From: Octopus sinensis
Lineage: Eukaryota
DNA length: 64,000 bases
Reading direction: 5' to 3'
NCBI RefSeq assembly: GCF_006345805.1
Contig: NC_042998.1
Location: 117,614,001 to 117,678,000, forward strand
Shown here: piece after piece, positions 11,439 to 23,994 of the stretch
Layout: the number at the start of each line of letters is the position of its first letter
Position numbering within the stretch: the first letter of the stretch is position 1
The notes under the pieces: model-generated
Database searches by the model: none
What the model was told of the DNA's origin: nothing
Seen by the model: the letters and a program-made list of their open reading frames with translations, nothing else
Program-made: the position numbers and the translations under genes

Positions 11439-11545
11439 TGATGATGATGATGATGATGATAATAATAATAATAATAATAATAATTATTATTATTATTATT
11501 GTTGTTGTTATTTTTATTATTATTATTATCATTATTATTATTATT
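11298..11545. repeat. Compound microsatellite (TA)n-(AAT)n-(GAT)n-(ATT)n
   Basis: Directly visible; it produces the poly-I/Y/N ORFs in the track. Confidence 0.98.
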
Positions 11546-12060
11546 GAGTGAGGGAGCAGTGCATGCCATCAAAGTGACACTGGGGTAAAATATATGAAGC
11601 CAAGTATACCCATCATAACTGCCCGTCTCATAAGGGTAGACTAGGCACATGCATCACAACCATTTGTGCACAACATGGTGCTCTCATATCAAGATAAACG
11701 GCACATGTCCTTGCAGGTGGGGCCCAGTTAGAATTTTCTTCCGTTCGAGTAGCCCATCCCGCTCAAAAGGTCCCTGAATTAGGATAGTTTAAGGATGTTG
11801 AACGAACTACCCATGTTTCCAAAGGTGAGTTTTCCAAATCTCTAAGAATTCCTTTCAACACACGGCTATGATGCTCCCCCACTACTTCTGCTCATGATCA
11901 GAGATGCACATATCGTCAGCCACTAAGGGAGATGCCCAAATGGTTATAGTCAAACAACTGACAAGCAAATCTGTGTTATTGAGCAGAATATTTGCTGTAG
12001 CCCATCTTTTATACCAAGACAAAGCAATGTACATGTACTGCCTGGTAGTGTATCAGGGTA

Positions 12061-12062
<2 letters not shown>
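11545..12062 (-). mobile_element. ~520-bp non-coding (AAT)n-tailed retroposon embedded in trinucleotide repeats
   Basis: The minus strand ends ...CTCCCTCACTC-AATAATAAT and both flanks are trinucleotide arrays. An inverted copy of 11545-11875 lies at 27666-27995. Confidence 0.75.
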
Positions 12063-12093
<31 letters not shown>

Positions 12094-12141
12094 CTTCTTC
12101 TTCTTCTTCTTCTTCTTCTTCTTCGTCTTCTTCTTCTTCTT

Positions 12142-12172
<31 letters not shown>

Positions 12173-12193
12173 TTGTTATTATTATTATTATTA

Positions 12194-12273
<80 letters not shown>

Positions 12274-12283
12274 ATTATTATTA

Positions 12284-12335
<52 letters not shown>

Positions 12336-12337
12336 TT

Positions 12338-12830
12338 CCTTCGTGAAATCTTCTTCCGTTTCTCGCCGAATGTTTTCCGTACACCTAGGGCAGAGAAGCT
12401 CATTGCATGCATTCCTAGATTACACACGCAAATTCGCAGGTAAAATATGTATTTAGAGAATTAATGAATAAATAAATTCATGAAAGGATGTTGTTTTTAC
12501 AGCGATAATGCTCTTCGCAGTACATGAGTTTTTTCCAGTTAACACGATTATTTGCACTTCCTGTAGGGATGGTAAGCCTGATATCATTTTCAAATAGGTT
12601 TCAGTACCTTTTATACCATTCCTAGAGATCCTACAATCACTGGTACTGTAGTCGCCTCGAGGTGATAAATTTTTCCAACTTCTATTAGCAAGTCTTTATA
12701 TTTACTGATCTTGTCAAATTCTTTCGCCACTATATTGTGATCGCAAGGAATACATATGTCAACTAATAAACACTTTTTTGTCTGATCTTTTATAATAATA
12801 TCCGGTTTTTTTTCCTAGTAGAAAATACTA
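12338..12830 (-). mobile_element. R4/Dong-type LINE 3' end (RLE domain, 3' UTR, (AAT)n tail)
   Basis: Minus strand 12805-12497 reads PDIIIKD..CLLVDICIPCDHNIVAKEFDKISKYKDLLIEV..TVPVIVGSLG..HVLRRALSL*. It is followed by a UTR and the (AAT)n array at 12170-12335. Confidence 0.9.
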
Positions 12831-13178
12831 ATAGAAATAAATGAAATACTTACATGCGCCCATGGAAAAAAAGCTGAAGCAAAATTCATGAGTAAACATA
12901 AGTACCCTAGATATATCTAAATATAAAATCCTTTAGCTAGCCTCAGCACACGTGTGAACTTTCTCCACCACAGCTTAAAGTGGTTACCAGTCCCTATAGC
13001 GAATAGTAATAAATCTACTACTAATATAGAAATAACGTACCTTGGCTAGCTTTCTTCGATTTCAGCACAACGTATGTTTGTAGCGGATATATAATATGTG
13101 GAAATTGACGATTTAAAAGTCTGTTATCAGCATATTGCCATGCAAATAATTTTCTCTTGCACTTATTTATAAGTTTTG

Positions 13179-13227
<49 letters not shown>

Positions 13228-13234
13228 ATATATA

Positions 13235-13294
<60 letters not shown>

Positions 13295-13364
13295 ACTTCT
13301 AAATCTCTGAACGGAGACATTCAGTAACAGCACGCTAGAGTCACTATTATTTAACAACATAATA

Positions 13365-13862
13365 TGGCAGTCCTGTTTAGGAGGATTGTTACTGTTATTT
13401 AGCTTCAGGAAACATCGCCTCTAGAATAATATCTCTCTTTCAGATATTTAAGAATAATAACTTTCTATTCATTAGATCAGTGACTGAGTGTCACTTTGAA
13501 AAATATTTATTACGAAGAAGAGTTTGGAGGTGTCATCTCTTGCAGAGTTGTTATTCTGTGCTGATGAAGGTAAATAAACTAAAGAGCATTAGTACACAGA
13601 TATTCCGCGGAGCTGAGAATGGAGACTATACTCTCCTGTTCGAAAATAGAAGGAGGTATTTAGTTACTTTGTAAATTTCTTCTTTTATGAAAAATTCGTT
13701 TTCATGCATTTTTTATATCAGCTTTTCTCTTCCTGCTCGCTAAATAGCATCGATTAAATCACTATCCGTCTGAATTTGGTTTCGCTAATGCCGTATAGCC
13801 ATCTGGACACGATGCTCCCTGGGGCTAAATAACAGTATCAATCGTCCTAACCAAGACTGCCA
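13365..13862. mobile_element. ~500-bp unit bounded by 46-bp inverted repeats, containing hammerhead relics
   Basis: 13365-13410 TGGCAGTCCTGTTTAGGAGGATTGTTACTGTTATTTAGCTTCAGGA matches the reverse complement of 13817-13862 with about 7 mismatches. The IR shares TTTAGCCCCAGG with the 11.1-kb palindrome arm. Confidence 0.75.
13555..13600 (+). ncRNA. Type I hammerhead relic with collapsed stem II
   Basis: Stem I TCTGTG/CACAGA, core CTGATGA, stem III ACTAA/TTAGT with AGAGCA loop, GUA site after 13594. Stem II and G12 are lost. Confidence 0.6.
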
Positions 13863-13894
13863 CCTTATGCTTGCATATAATCTTTATTTTCTCT

Positions 13895-13932
<38 letters not shown>

Positions 13933-13943
13933 ACATACATATA

Positions 13944-13999
<56 letters not shown>

Positions 14000-14703
14000 G
14001 AACTATTAGCTTGTTAAAACTTGGAAATAAATCGTTGCACCTTGCGTTTTATATCGTCCCCTTTTGTCCATCTACTACAATCTATACATAGCTAAAGTTA
14101 ACATATACAGTACCACCTTGCATATTATTCTCTCTACATTGTACAGTGTGGTATTCACTATTCGCTGCGGATTATTACACACGTGAAACGATTAAACACT
14201 TCCAAACTATTATAAATATTTACAAGAATTATTTAATAATATGGTGGACTCAAAGCCAAACGATATAAGATAATTGGTGGGAATCGATTGATCTTAGCTG
14301 TATAATTGCTTCTACGTAATTCTATATAATTTATATGTTGAAGAGGAATAAAATCTTGTGACAGTAGAAATAAATGATGTTAGCGAGACGTATACTTTTA
14401 ATGTTCAGATAAATTTAAACAATTTACTTCACTAATCAATATTACATAACTATATACGGATTATAGTAAATTTCCTCATTTGTCTTTCATTATTTTAATA
14501 ATAATTATTTTCGGTATCATAACGTCAAGTGTGCAATTCATTATATGTCGTCCTAAGTTTCAAAGAACTCAATGCGTATGCTCATACATTTATAATTGAA
14601 ACTTACCTTTATATTCAATATAACAATATATAATACGAAATTACATGTAGACAAATGAGATTTATACACACACACACAGAGACACACACACACATACATA
14701 CAT

Positions 14704-14742
<39 letters not shown>

Positions 14743-14807
14743 AATAGACATATTAAAATTACTAAGTCTCTCTAAAAGAAAACAACGGCAGCGTTCCCGG
14801 AAAATAT

Positions 14808-14926
14808 TAGTTATCGCCATATTGTGTATGAAATAGCTAACTTAAGGCGATGGCCTCATGGAGCTAATAAGCGGACAGCTTTATTCTTATTTTTATAAGA
14901 ATGCCATATTAGTATGGCGATAACTA
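14808..14926. mobile_element. MITE-like element, 16-bp TIRs
   Basis: TAGTTATCGCCATATT (14808-23) and AGTATGGCGATAACTA (14911-26) are 15/16 complementary and TA-bounded. Confidence 0.6.
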
Positions 14927-14948
14927 TATATATATATTATATATATAT

Positions 14949-15011
<63 letters not shown>

Positions 15012-16157
15012 CTGCTAAAGAGGGCATCAAACGTTAAGGCAAAGCAAACATCTCAAGCCATATACATTATTATTATGGAAAAAATTCAAAGTCTTGCAGC
15101 TGTTTCTAGGACATACCATACTCTGGCATATGTCGAAAGAAATACTACAAAGCATTTTATCCAGCGTTGTAATGATTCCGCCAGATCACAGCCGTTTTAT
15201 ACCAGTTGGCATATTCAATATGGGAAATAATACATTAGAAAATATAGAATATAATAAGGTAATTTGCTAGTTTCAAAATGAGCCATTATGTCTATATTGT
15301 TCAATCGTGGGTGTTTTCTTCTTAAAAACTTTAAAGCATCCCCTTCAGACTTTATGCACGCTATGAGTACACGTTACTGAGAAAGCTTACGTGGTATGTG
15401 AATGGTACAGAAACTACCTTTAGACAAGAATATAACTATATAATACTTGTATTGTCTATATATTTTGACACGCATGCATCTTTCTTCAATCTGCTGCGTT
15501 ATCTCATCTTTACAAATCCGAATACAGCTATGCGGATGTGTGGCTTGATAAATATGAGATACTTTTGGTGATGCTATTCCTACATAAATAAGTATTAATT
15601 TATTATTTTGTAGAGAACCTCCATTTTCTCCAACAGAGAGAGTGGGGCATTTTTGGTTTGGAGATTTTCATTTACAGGTATCAGGGCCACGTCTGATGCG
15701 CAGTTTACATTGATAGGAACTTTTTTTATTTTCTCTTAATGTACAGTCACATCTTCCACATCTACAAAGTCATATATGTTTTCTATAGAATTCAATACAC
15801 AGATTGTGAAAATTTGCTTTGTATATTATTATTTTCACCTCATAAAAGAAATATTCTGTATTTCGGGGTGAATCTGTGCTATGTTGTGATACTTCATTGG
15901 CATCAGTTGTTTGAATATAGTTATGTCTGCGGCAATCATTTGTAGAGTACAACATAAAAGAAGAATGCTATAACAGTCCCTAAAAGAATGCTTCCTTTCT
16001 TTTTGTTTTCTTAAAGTTGCACCTGTTTTGCACAAATGATACGATTTGAGAGAATGGCTCAGTTATGAGTTCAGATTTTCTTCCTGAAATAATTACTTCC
16101 TTTATTATTCATGAGAAAGTATTTGAGTTCGTCTGGATAATACTGAAGAGAAGCAAC

Positions 16158-17157
16158 ATTACGTCCTAACAAAAGCACGACGCCTTTATCCAGTCATTTT
16201 AAGTTGTACTTATAAATGAAAATATAAACGTACGAAAATTCTCAATAATTTTAATTAGTGTGAGGAACACTTCTTCAGTGGATGAGAATTTGCACAAATA
16301 CAAAAATAATTGAACGATTGATATTCGTATCGCTATAGCAAATGTATAGTGGCTTATATCTGAATCATGTGTAGGATCTAATTATTAGATGTTGAACAGC
16401 TACAAAATATTGCATTCAGAGCTTCAATCACTATGTCTTCAATGAACACTTCTGAAGCAGAAGAAGTGTTTTTCTTCATGAGTTCTCATCATATAGCTTC
16501 CTTATTCTAAGGCCTTCCTACTGTTCCTCACTCTGCTCTTCCTGCATGTTATTCCAAAGACCTTTCTCCCAATGATGTTGCATAAAGATGACCAGAACTT
16601 TTAGAGTTTCTAGTATTAATTGAACTTCTATATCCCACCCGTGGTATTGTGGTATTTTGCATCTTTCCATTCGGTGGTTTATCTTAATGTGCCTCTTATT
16701 TTCTGTTTTTACCTCTCTTATCGTTTGCTTGGTGATCCCATTCTTGTTTGATTTCAAACTCCTTACCTCCGTTCCACTGTGTAAAATGTATAAAACCGAA
16801 GTAGGTGTAACAATTTTACTGCAAAAATTTATAGAATATATGAAAAGGAGAATATATTTTTCAGTATATAACAAAACGGAGGTGATACAAAATAAATGCA
16901 ATTGTTGAAAAATTATTGATTCAGTTGTTCTTCATTATAAATAATAATGTATATAAGTAAATATTTTACTTTCCGTTATAAAAATTACGTCCTACTAAAA
17001 GCACGACTTCTTTATCCCGTCCTTTTAAGTTTTACTTGAAAATGAACTTATAAACGTGTGAAAATATTCAATGATTTTTAATTAGTGTGAGGAACGCTTC
17101 ATTCGCGGATGAGAATTTGCACAAATACAGAAATAATCGAGCGATTGATATTCTTAT
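16158..17157. repeat. Diverged ~175-bp direct repeat pair (16158-16330, 16984-17157)
   Basis: Both copies start ATTACGTCCTA..AAAAGCACGAC and share TTAATTAGTGTGAGGAAC and GGATGAGAATTTGCACAAATAC. Identity is about 80% by eye. Confidence 0.9.
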
Positions 17158-17805
17158 GTTGTTATAAGTGATTTATTTAATCCACTTTATGTAACATTGA
17201 GTTTCACTATGATGGATGACTTAAACAAGTATTTAGAGTTATTACATCCATATTTAATAAGATATTTAGTGAGGAATCGTTTCAGAATAAACAATTGACA
17301 GTTAGTGATTAATCTGGGAATGGGTGCATATCAGAAACTTGTGAGAACATTCATGGAAGACATCTAAAGAGGAATGTTGCAAAAAGTTAATTAAATTAAT
17401 AATATTTAGAAAAAAATAGCATGCATATTGATCCGAGTTCTTGCGTATTTCAGCTACCCTTTTTCAGCTGTGTTGCACGTGTCACCGTATGACTGTTTCT
17501 TCCACAATCTCTTCTAGAAAGTTTTTCATTCGCATGCCATATCAATGAAGCAAATTTCTTCAATTGCTTAACCCCTTGTGGGGTACTTGTTATTTTTGTT
17601 GTTTAAGCATTTGTAAGACTAAATATATTTTTACATCATACAAACATTATTTTACTTCAAATTCTTCGTAGTGGGTATTGCTGTCGTACGCATTTTAACT
17701 CTTAAAATCCGCGGATACGTTTGTACTATGTCTAGTAAAGATATCAAGGAATCCTCAATATAGAGAGTGGATAAAGTTTTATAGACTCTGTAGTATACTA
17801 CATAC

Positions 17806-17875
<70 letters not shown>

Positions 17876-17992
17876 ATGCGTGTGTAAGTGTGTAAGTGTG
17901 AGTGTTGAGTGATTGTGAGTCCGTAAATATGTATATATATATGCATGTATATATATATATATATATTTATTTGTTTATATACATATACATAC

Positions 17993-18040
<48 letters not shown>

Positions 18041-18379
18041 TACATATACATATATATATACATATATGTATATACAAGTCGTCCACATAGAGAGGTTTAT
18101 TGCTAGAATATAGGAAATATTTCAAAATGTCATGTTATATATGATGACATTTACAAAATTTGCCAACAACTATTTCAGAAAAATTAACATAAAAGTAGAT
18201 ATACATGTGAACCCCGTTGGGTGAAAATGTACTGCATCTCCGTATGTTTATCACACTTTCTATTGATTATCGCACTTTGTCACCAACATCAAATATCATT
18301 ACATGAAATATTTGGTGCTCTATCTTGATATTATATATGTTTTTCTTATCGTTGATACTTATTAGATTTCATGTAAAGC

Positions 18380-18500
18380 CATGGGCAATGGTAAAAATGT
18401 AGACATCTTTTATTCAGAATTTTGAAAAAATAAATATCGTGATTTTTCTTTTAAATCTCATAGCATAACAGATATGGAGTATTTTAATATAGAAAAGTAA
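18380..18500 (+). mobile_element. CR1/Jockey-like RT relic
   Basis: GNGKNVDIFYSEFLKK resembles the G..VDVIYLDF.KAF motif. The match is short. Confidence 0.35.
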
Positions 18501-18676
18501 GTTGTCATTTAGCCGCAATGCTCCAAGAAAATTGCATGTGCATGCATACATGCATATATATGTGTGTAGTTACCTATGTATGTCTTTAGGAGTGCGTGCG
18601 TGTTTGGCGACGTAGATACTTAAACTTATATATGTATTATATATGCTTTAGGGCATATATATATATATTATATATA

Positions 18677-18715
<39 letters not shown>

Positions 18716-18844
18716 TGTGTGTGTGTACATATATATTATATATAAATATAAATATATATATATATAATATATATATATCATGCATTATCTATATATTATA
18801 TATGTATAGACACATACACAAATACACACATATATATAAACATT

Positions 18845-18929
<85 letters not shown>

Positions 18930-18938
18930 TATATATAT

Positions 18939-18975
<37 letters not shown>

Positions 18976-19059
18976 CCTAGAAATAGCTGTAAGACCTATT
19001 TATATATGTTCACAGCCTTGGTTTTTTATTTCATTCTGGAAAAAATATATACACAGACG

Positions 19060-19199
19060 CTGATATATTACCTACATTAGACTACTTATTTGCATAATCA
19101 CCGAACCTGGATCTTAACTATGGTCTACCCATTGCACTTACTCACCATTACCTGACACCTTTGGGTCTTACTGATACCATTAACTCTCATAACCTATAT
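19060..19199 (+). repeat. ~140-bp dispersed repeat, second copy at 32533-32672
   Basis: Shared CTGATATAT.ACCTAC.TT.GACT...GGTCTA.CCATTGCACTTACTCA.CATTACCT.ACAC.TTTGGGTCTTA.TGA.ACCATTA. Confidence 0.85.
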
Positions 19200-19539
19200 G
19201 TAGGAACATAAGTACATATACAAATACGTGCTATACACTCCTACATAAGGTAGTTGAAATTCAGGTTTCTTTAGCTAACATTAATTTTATTCGGGACTAG
19301 GCATCATAAAGGAAAACTTTAACTAAATTTTCATGTAAAATTCGATCAATTCACGATAGCCTTGCACCAAGATTAATAACATGTGTGTGTAAGTGTGTGA
19401 ATGTGTGTGTGTGTATGTGTGTGTATGCGCGTGTGTCTGTGTGGTGTGTGTGTCTGTGTGTCTCTGTGTGTGTAAAAGTAAGACCCAGGGACCACGGTGT
19501 AGGTATCAGAAACAATTTTCACAAACAATAGTGGCTCAC

Positions 19540-19880
19540 CGACGCAGAAGGATTTTTATTGCATTATATTATAGCTTACGATTAGCAGCTTGGGTTGCTA
19601 TGCATGAGAATAAAATCACAAATTAGGGAATGGTATAGATAAAATCAAAAGATTTTTAAAAAGGATGTAAGTAGCAACGAAAGTGCTTTGACAAACAAAA
19701 ACAAAAATGATTTAAGTTTAACCAAATTAGGCAAGCAATCGGTTAGTTAGTTGGATATTTAACCAATAATAAAGGAGTGGAATTGTACCAGCGCGTGTTA
19801 ATAACATTGACATGACACTTTCTAGACGCAACAAAATTATTTCAACATACGAATTCACTTGAAGTATCCTGCAAACCAGA
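19540..19880 (+). mobile_element. Very degenerate R4/Dong C-terminal relic
   Basis: WLTDAEGFLLHYIIAYD*QL..IKSQI and NYFNIRIH..PANQ..PNI resemble the ETEGFL..QDQ and WDF.I.TD..ANRPDI motifs. Confidence 0.35.
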
Positions 19881-22800
19881 TACAAAAACCAAATATACAC
19901 CTAATAATTTTAAAAAATTTATAATATCATATTTTATTATTTAAATCTATATTTTTACATGTATGCATATATATGTGAGGGTAACGGTGTATATGCATAA
20001 GTGTAAAAGTTTTCTCAAATAAATTGCACTTAATTCTTGATGCTCCAATGAAATTCAATGGTGTTGCTGAGACACTCAACTATGAGTTCACAGTATCTTA
20101 TAGTAGAAACAGCTGTATGCTAATGAATGTCATACGATAATCATTTATTCTGTAGCGACCTCCTTTCCTTTTGTATTATATGAGAAAATATATTATAATG
20201 TTTACTTTCTAACACTTCTCTCACACGGTCCTAATGCTTACGCTCTCTAGTAGTCTCTAAACCGGCACAATGACCTATACTAGGTACCACCAAAATAGAA
20301 GTAGCTGGGACTGGAGACCTTTTCGCCACACTTTTAATAAGAAAAATATCACTGTATGATGGTCAAACTTTCTCTATTTCAAACTAACTTTCAACAGGAG
20401 CATGCTATGCATTCTTGGAATTCGACGACCAAATATGTCTATTAATTATCAATGGCAACGAACAGAAAATGTAGCAAGCCAATGCAGATTTGGAAGAATT
20501 AATACAACGGCTTTGTACCATATTATCGATTAAAGAACTATAGATGTGGAAACTGGCTTTCAAGGAGTCTCTTAATAAATAGTAGAAGCAGAGAACGTCT
20601 TAGTATTCAATTTTAATTTTACGAAAATTTTGAGAATGATGCTCATTTGTACCACATTGGTAAAACGAAGAGAAGAGATGTTGACATCATGTTTTACTAT
20701 CTTAAATGCTTCATGAGTGAAGGTTCAAGGGGATTCTAGAGAAAGCACCGAATGTATGAAGCAATTTTCTGAGCACCGTTATCCTAGATAAATCCTCATG
20801 TACCTCATTTTTACAACAACTGATCATGCGAAATTAATGGCAACTATGCACGTCTATTTGTGTGCAAAATCAATTGATATAGCATGCGTGATGTTCTAAA
20901 ATGACATTATATTCTGCTGAAATTTATGATGTAATTTTATCATAATTTTAGATCAGAGTGTGTTTGATATTGTGTATATTTTCAAAAGTTATTAAATGCA
21001 CGGAGAGTACATCAACACCTCTGTGAATACATCGGATGCTTAACCATGTCTATTATATTTAATTGTGCTTGTATTACAAGTTCACAACTCTATGCTAGAA
21101 AATAATTCCCACGTATAACGTCAATTCGTTTACCGTTTTTATTATATTTTATCCAATATAGTCTGAGATGCATTAAGTGTAACTGTATGAGAAAGTTCTT
21201 GTGTGTATAACTGTGTGTGTATGTGTGAATGCAATTCTATTATGTCTCTCTTGTCATTATACCGCCACAGCAGAATTGCAGTTCACTGTCAATAATGCAA
21301 GGAAGGGAAACATGAAGCTGAAGCTAGTTGTACAGCAATGTGTACAATATTTCCAAAGTAATGTGCACAGTGTTTCCAATGGGATGCCGTGAGAGGGTCG
21401 TTAGTTCTGCAATATTGAATAGATTATCATTTGGGTTTTAATGAATAGCCGATAATTCCATGCTGAATTGCATACCACATTAAAGAAATATATTTTTTGA
21501 ATGGTGTGTATAAAAAACGTCACAGAGAGAGAGAGAAATATTCCAGAGAATTTTAAAACCAAAAAATAACAATTTTACTAGAAAAAAATGGGAAGGTAGA
21601 TTAATAAAAACGGGAAAGGAAAAATAAAGCCAGGAATAAAATATAGCCGTACATATTTAAGAATAACTCAAAGGAGAGTAAATCGAAATCTGTGAGACAT
21701 CAGCTGAAACTGAAGAGGGTGAACCCCGATAAGTAGGTAAAAGAAATTTGTCCATATATTTGCATTTATAGGAAAATATTGTATCTGAAATTCGGCTGTA
21801 TGGCAGAGATCTTAGATCTAAAAGGATTGTGCAATCTTTCATTTATGCATGCACTTCTTACATCCATTAACATATAGCATGATTTTTTTACGAATCACTA
21901 CTCGCTTGTATGCGTGTTATACTTGGACCTTAGGGCAGTTAATTTTGTCGATATGCCAGAAAGAAAACAGTTGGTTCGCATAACGTCATTTGAAATCGCA
22001 TTTGTATGGCCCGGTGTACTTTTTCTTCGCGATTAGCTTATCTTAAAGCTTTACAATAACAACTGCCTCATAAACGATGGAGTTTATCATATTTGCATAG
22101 TCAAGTGGGTATGGTTCAGTGTTACGTAAATTACAACTGTTTAGAATTTTGGTGGTGCTTACAAGAGAGATGATATCCTTCATATTTGAGAAGCAGTTCT
22201 ATGATAATTTAATTGAGCATGTGTTGAAATACTTCGTGAATTAGGTGGTGTACTGGGAAATGCTTATCTAAAAGTGACATAAATATATTTCCTGCGCTTG
22301 TTTAAAAAGAAAAGGAGAAACATATATTATGTTCCTATATATATTTTCAGGTCTATTGTTGAGAGCTCTATTTTGGTATAGTTTTCATATGATTCATATA
22401 TGACTTGAATAGTTGTAAATTATCTTGTCATTCTTTCAAGATGATCTTACCTATGGCATTGTTATTGTAGGGGACTGCGTTATCAAATATATCTTTAGAA
22501 AATAGATATGCTATCACTGATGCAAGCTGCCCGGTTTTAATCACTGTAGAGTGTGACCGAACTGTATGTGTATGTGGTTGAGTCTCTTGTTTGGTTTTTA
22601 GTACGGGCAGGAGTTTTAGATCTAGAGAAATATTTTTAAAAATTGGCAGTCAGCAGGCTGCTACTAATAATGTATTTGAGGTCAATATGTGTAGAAATAT
22701 CACTGACATTCTTACGAAATTTATTGAGAATATGCAAGTCACAGTCATGAGATATTCCCTATCCCTTGTCTAGGTATAGCCCACCATTACACGATTGGTT

Positions 22801-23638
22801 CTTGATTCTCTTGTATCTCACTGTAATTAATTTAATATAAAGAGACCTACAAGATTGCAGTTGTCCCCACTGTCGCACGATCCCATCAACACGTTGAACA
22901 GTTCAGGCTTCCCTGTTTTTTCTTCGACATGTATTTTTATTTTTGATTTTTTTCTCCAAATTTCTCTTGTTCGAGCGTTCTGATATATAGAATGAACAGA
23001 CAATGTGCTCAGAAAAGGAAATTGCTTAGAGACACAAGGAGTGATATAAAAATGTATCTAAACCTGTGTGTTTAATACAACAAAATATTAATAACTCGTA
23101 TCTTTACACTGTGTACGTTGAATGATATACCTGTATGTGTATGTGTGAATATGTCTGTGCGTATGTGTGTTGCTATAAGTATGTCCAGAATTCCTGATTA
23201 GTTAGTTACCGGCCACACTCGAGCCAGATTCCTACACACGATGATCTTATTACGCTAAGTACACCACAAATTCTCGAAAGACTGCTACGCGCTGCAGTTA
23301 TATTTATATGAACAAATTATAGATGAAGGAGCAAAGGTAGATGTTTAATTATGCAGAACCAAGTTGAATTACATTAATACAATTAATTATTACTGAAGAC
23401 AATGATGATTAAATTAATAGTATCAGGCACTCTTACATTGAATAATGTCACCGAATAAGACAACAGGAAACAGATCCTGTCTAGTATAGCATAATAATTG
23501 AATATCTAAATATTGATTCTTATCTGCATTTTATATATATATAATATATATATGAGCATATATATACAAGCAAATATATTAATATATATATATATAGATG
23601 CGTATATATATATATATATGTGTATATATCTATATCTA

Positions 23639-23688
<50 letters not shown>

Positions 23689-23794
23689 ATATATATATAT
23701 TATATATATATATATATATATGGTGTGTGTTTGTGTGTGTGTGTGTGTGCGCGCGCTCGTATGTATGTATGTATTTATGTACTATTTTGCGTAT

Positions 23795-23852
23795 ATTCCA
23801 CTGATGAGGAAAATCATTCCATATGCAAATCCAGAAATCCGGGATCTGGAAT
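23795..23852 (+). ncRNA. Type I hammerhead ribozyme, near intact
   Basis: Stem I ATTCCA/TGGAAT. CTGATGA at 23801-07. Stem II GGA/TCC with one extra A before GAAA (23834-37). Stem III ATC/GAT with CGG loop. AUC site after 23846. Confidence 0.75.
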
Positions 23853-23994
23853 TTCCAATCATTTCTGCTAGTTTATTTTGTCTCTTTGGCTCCTGGTACT
23901 GTATAAATATTTGATGTGGTTTTAGAGTCAAGTTTTGACAGCTGTGGAAAAAAATAACAAAATAATCAAAAATGATAGAGAATACTGGAATTAT

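Noticed and set aside
11890-11925. CTGACGA on the minus strand in the 520-bp retroposon
   Set aside because: It is followed by GAAG rather than GAAA, with no convincing stems I or III.
16236-16292. Minus-strand CTGAAGA-A-GTGT/ACAC stem with a 9-bp outer helix
   Set aside because: There is no GAAA segment, and the duplicate copy at 17.1 kb does not conserve the core.
21710-21745. CTGAAGA-GGG/CCC-GATA hammerhead look-alike
   Set aside because: The second core is mutated and no stem I forms.
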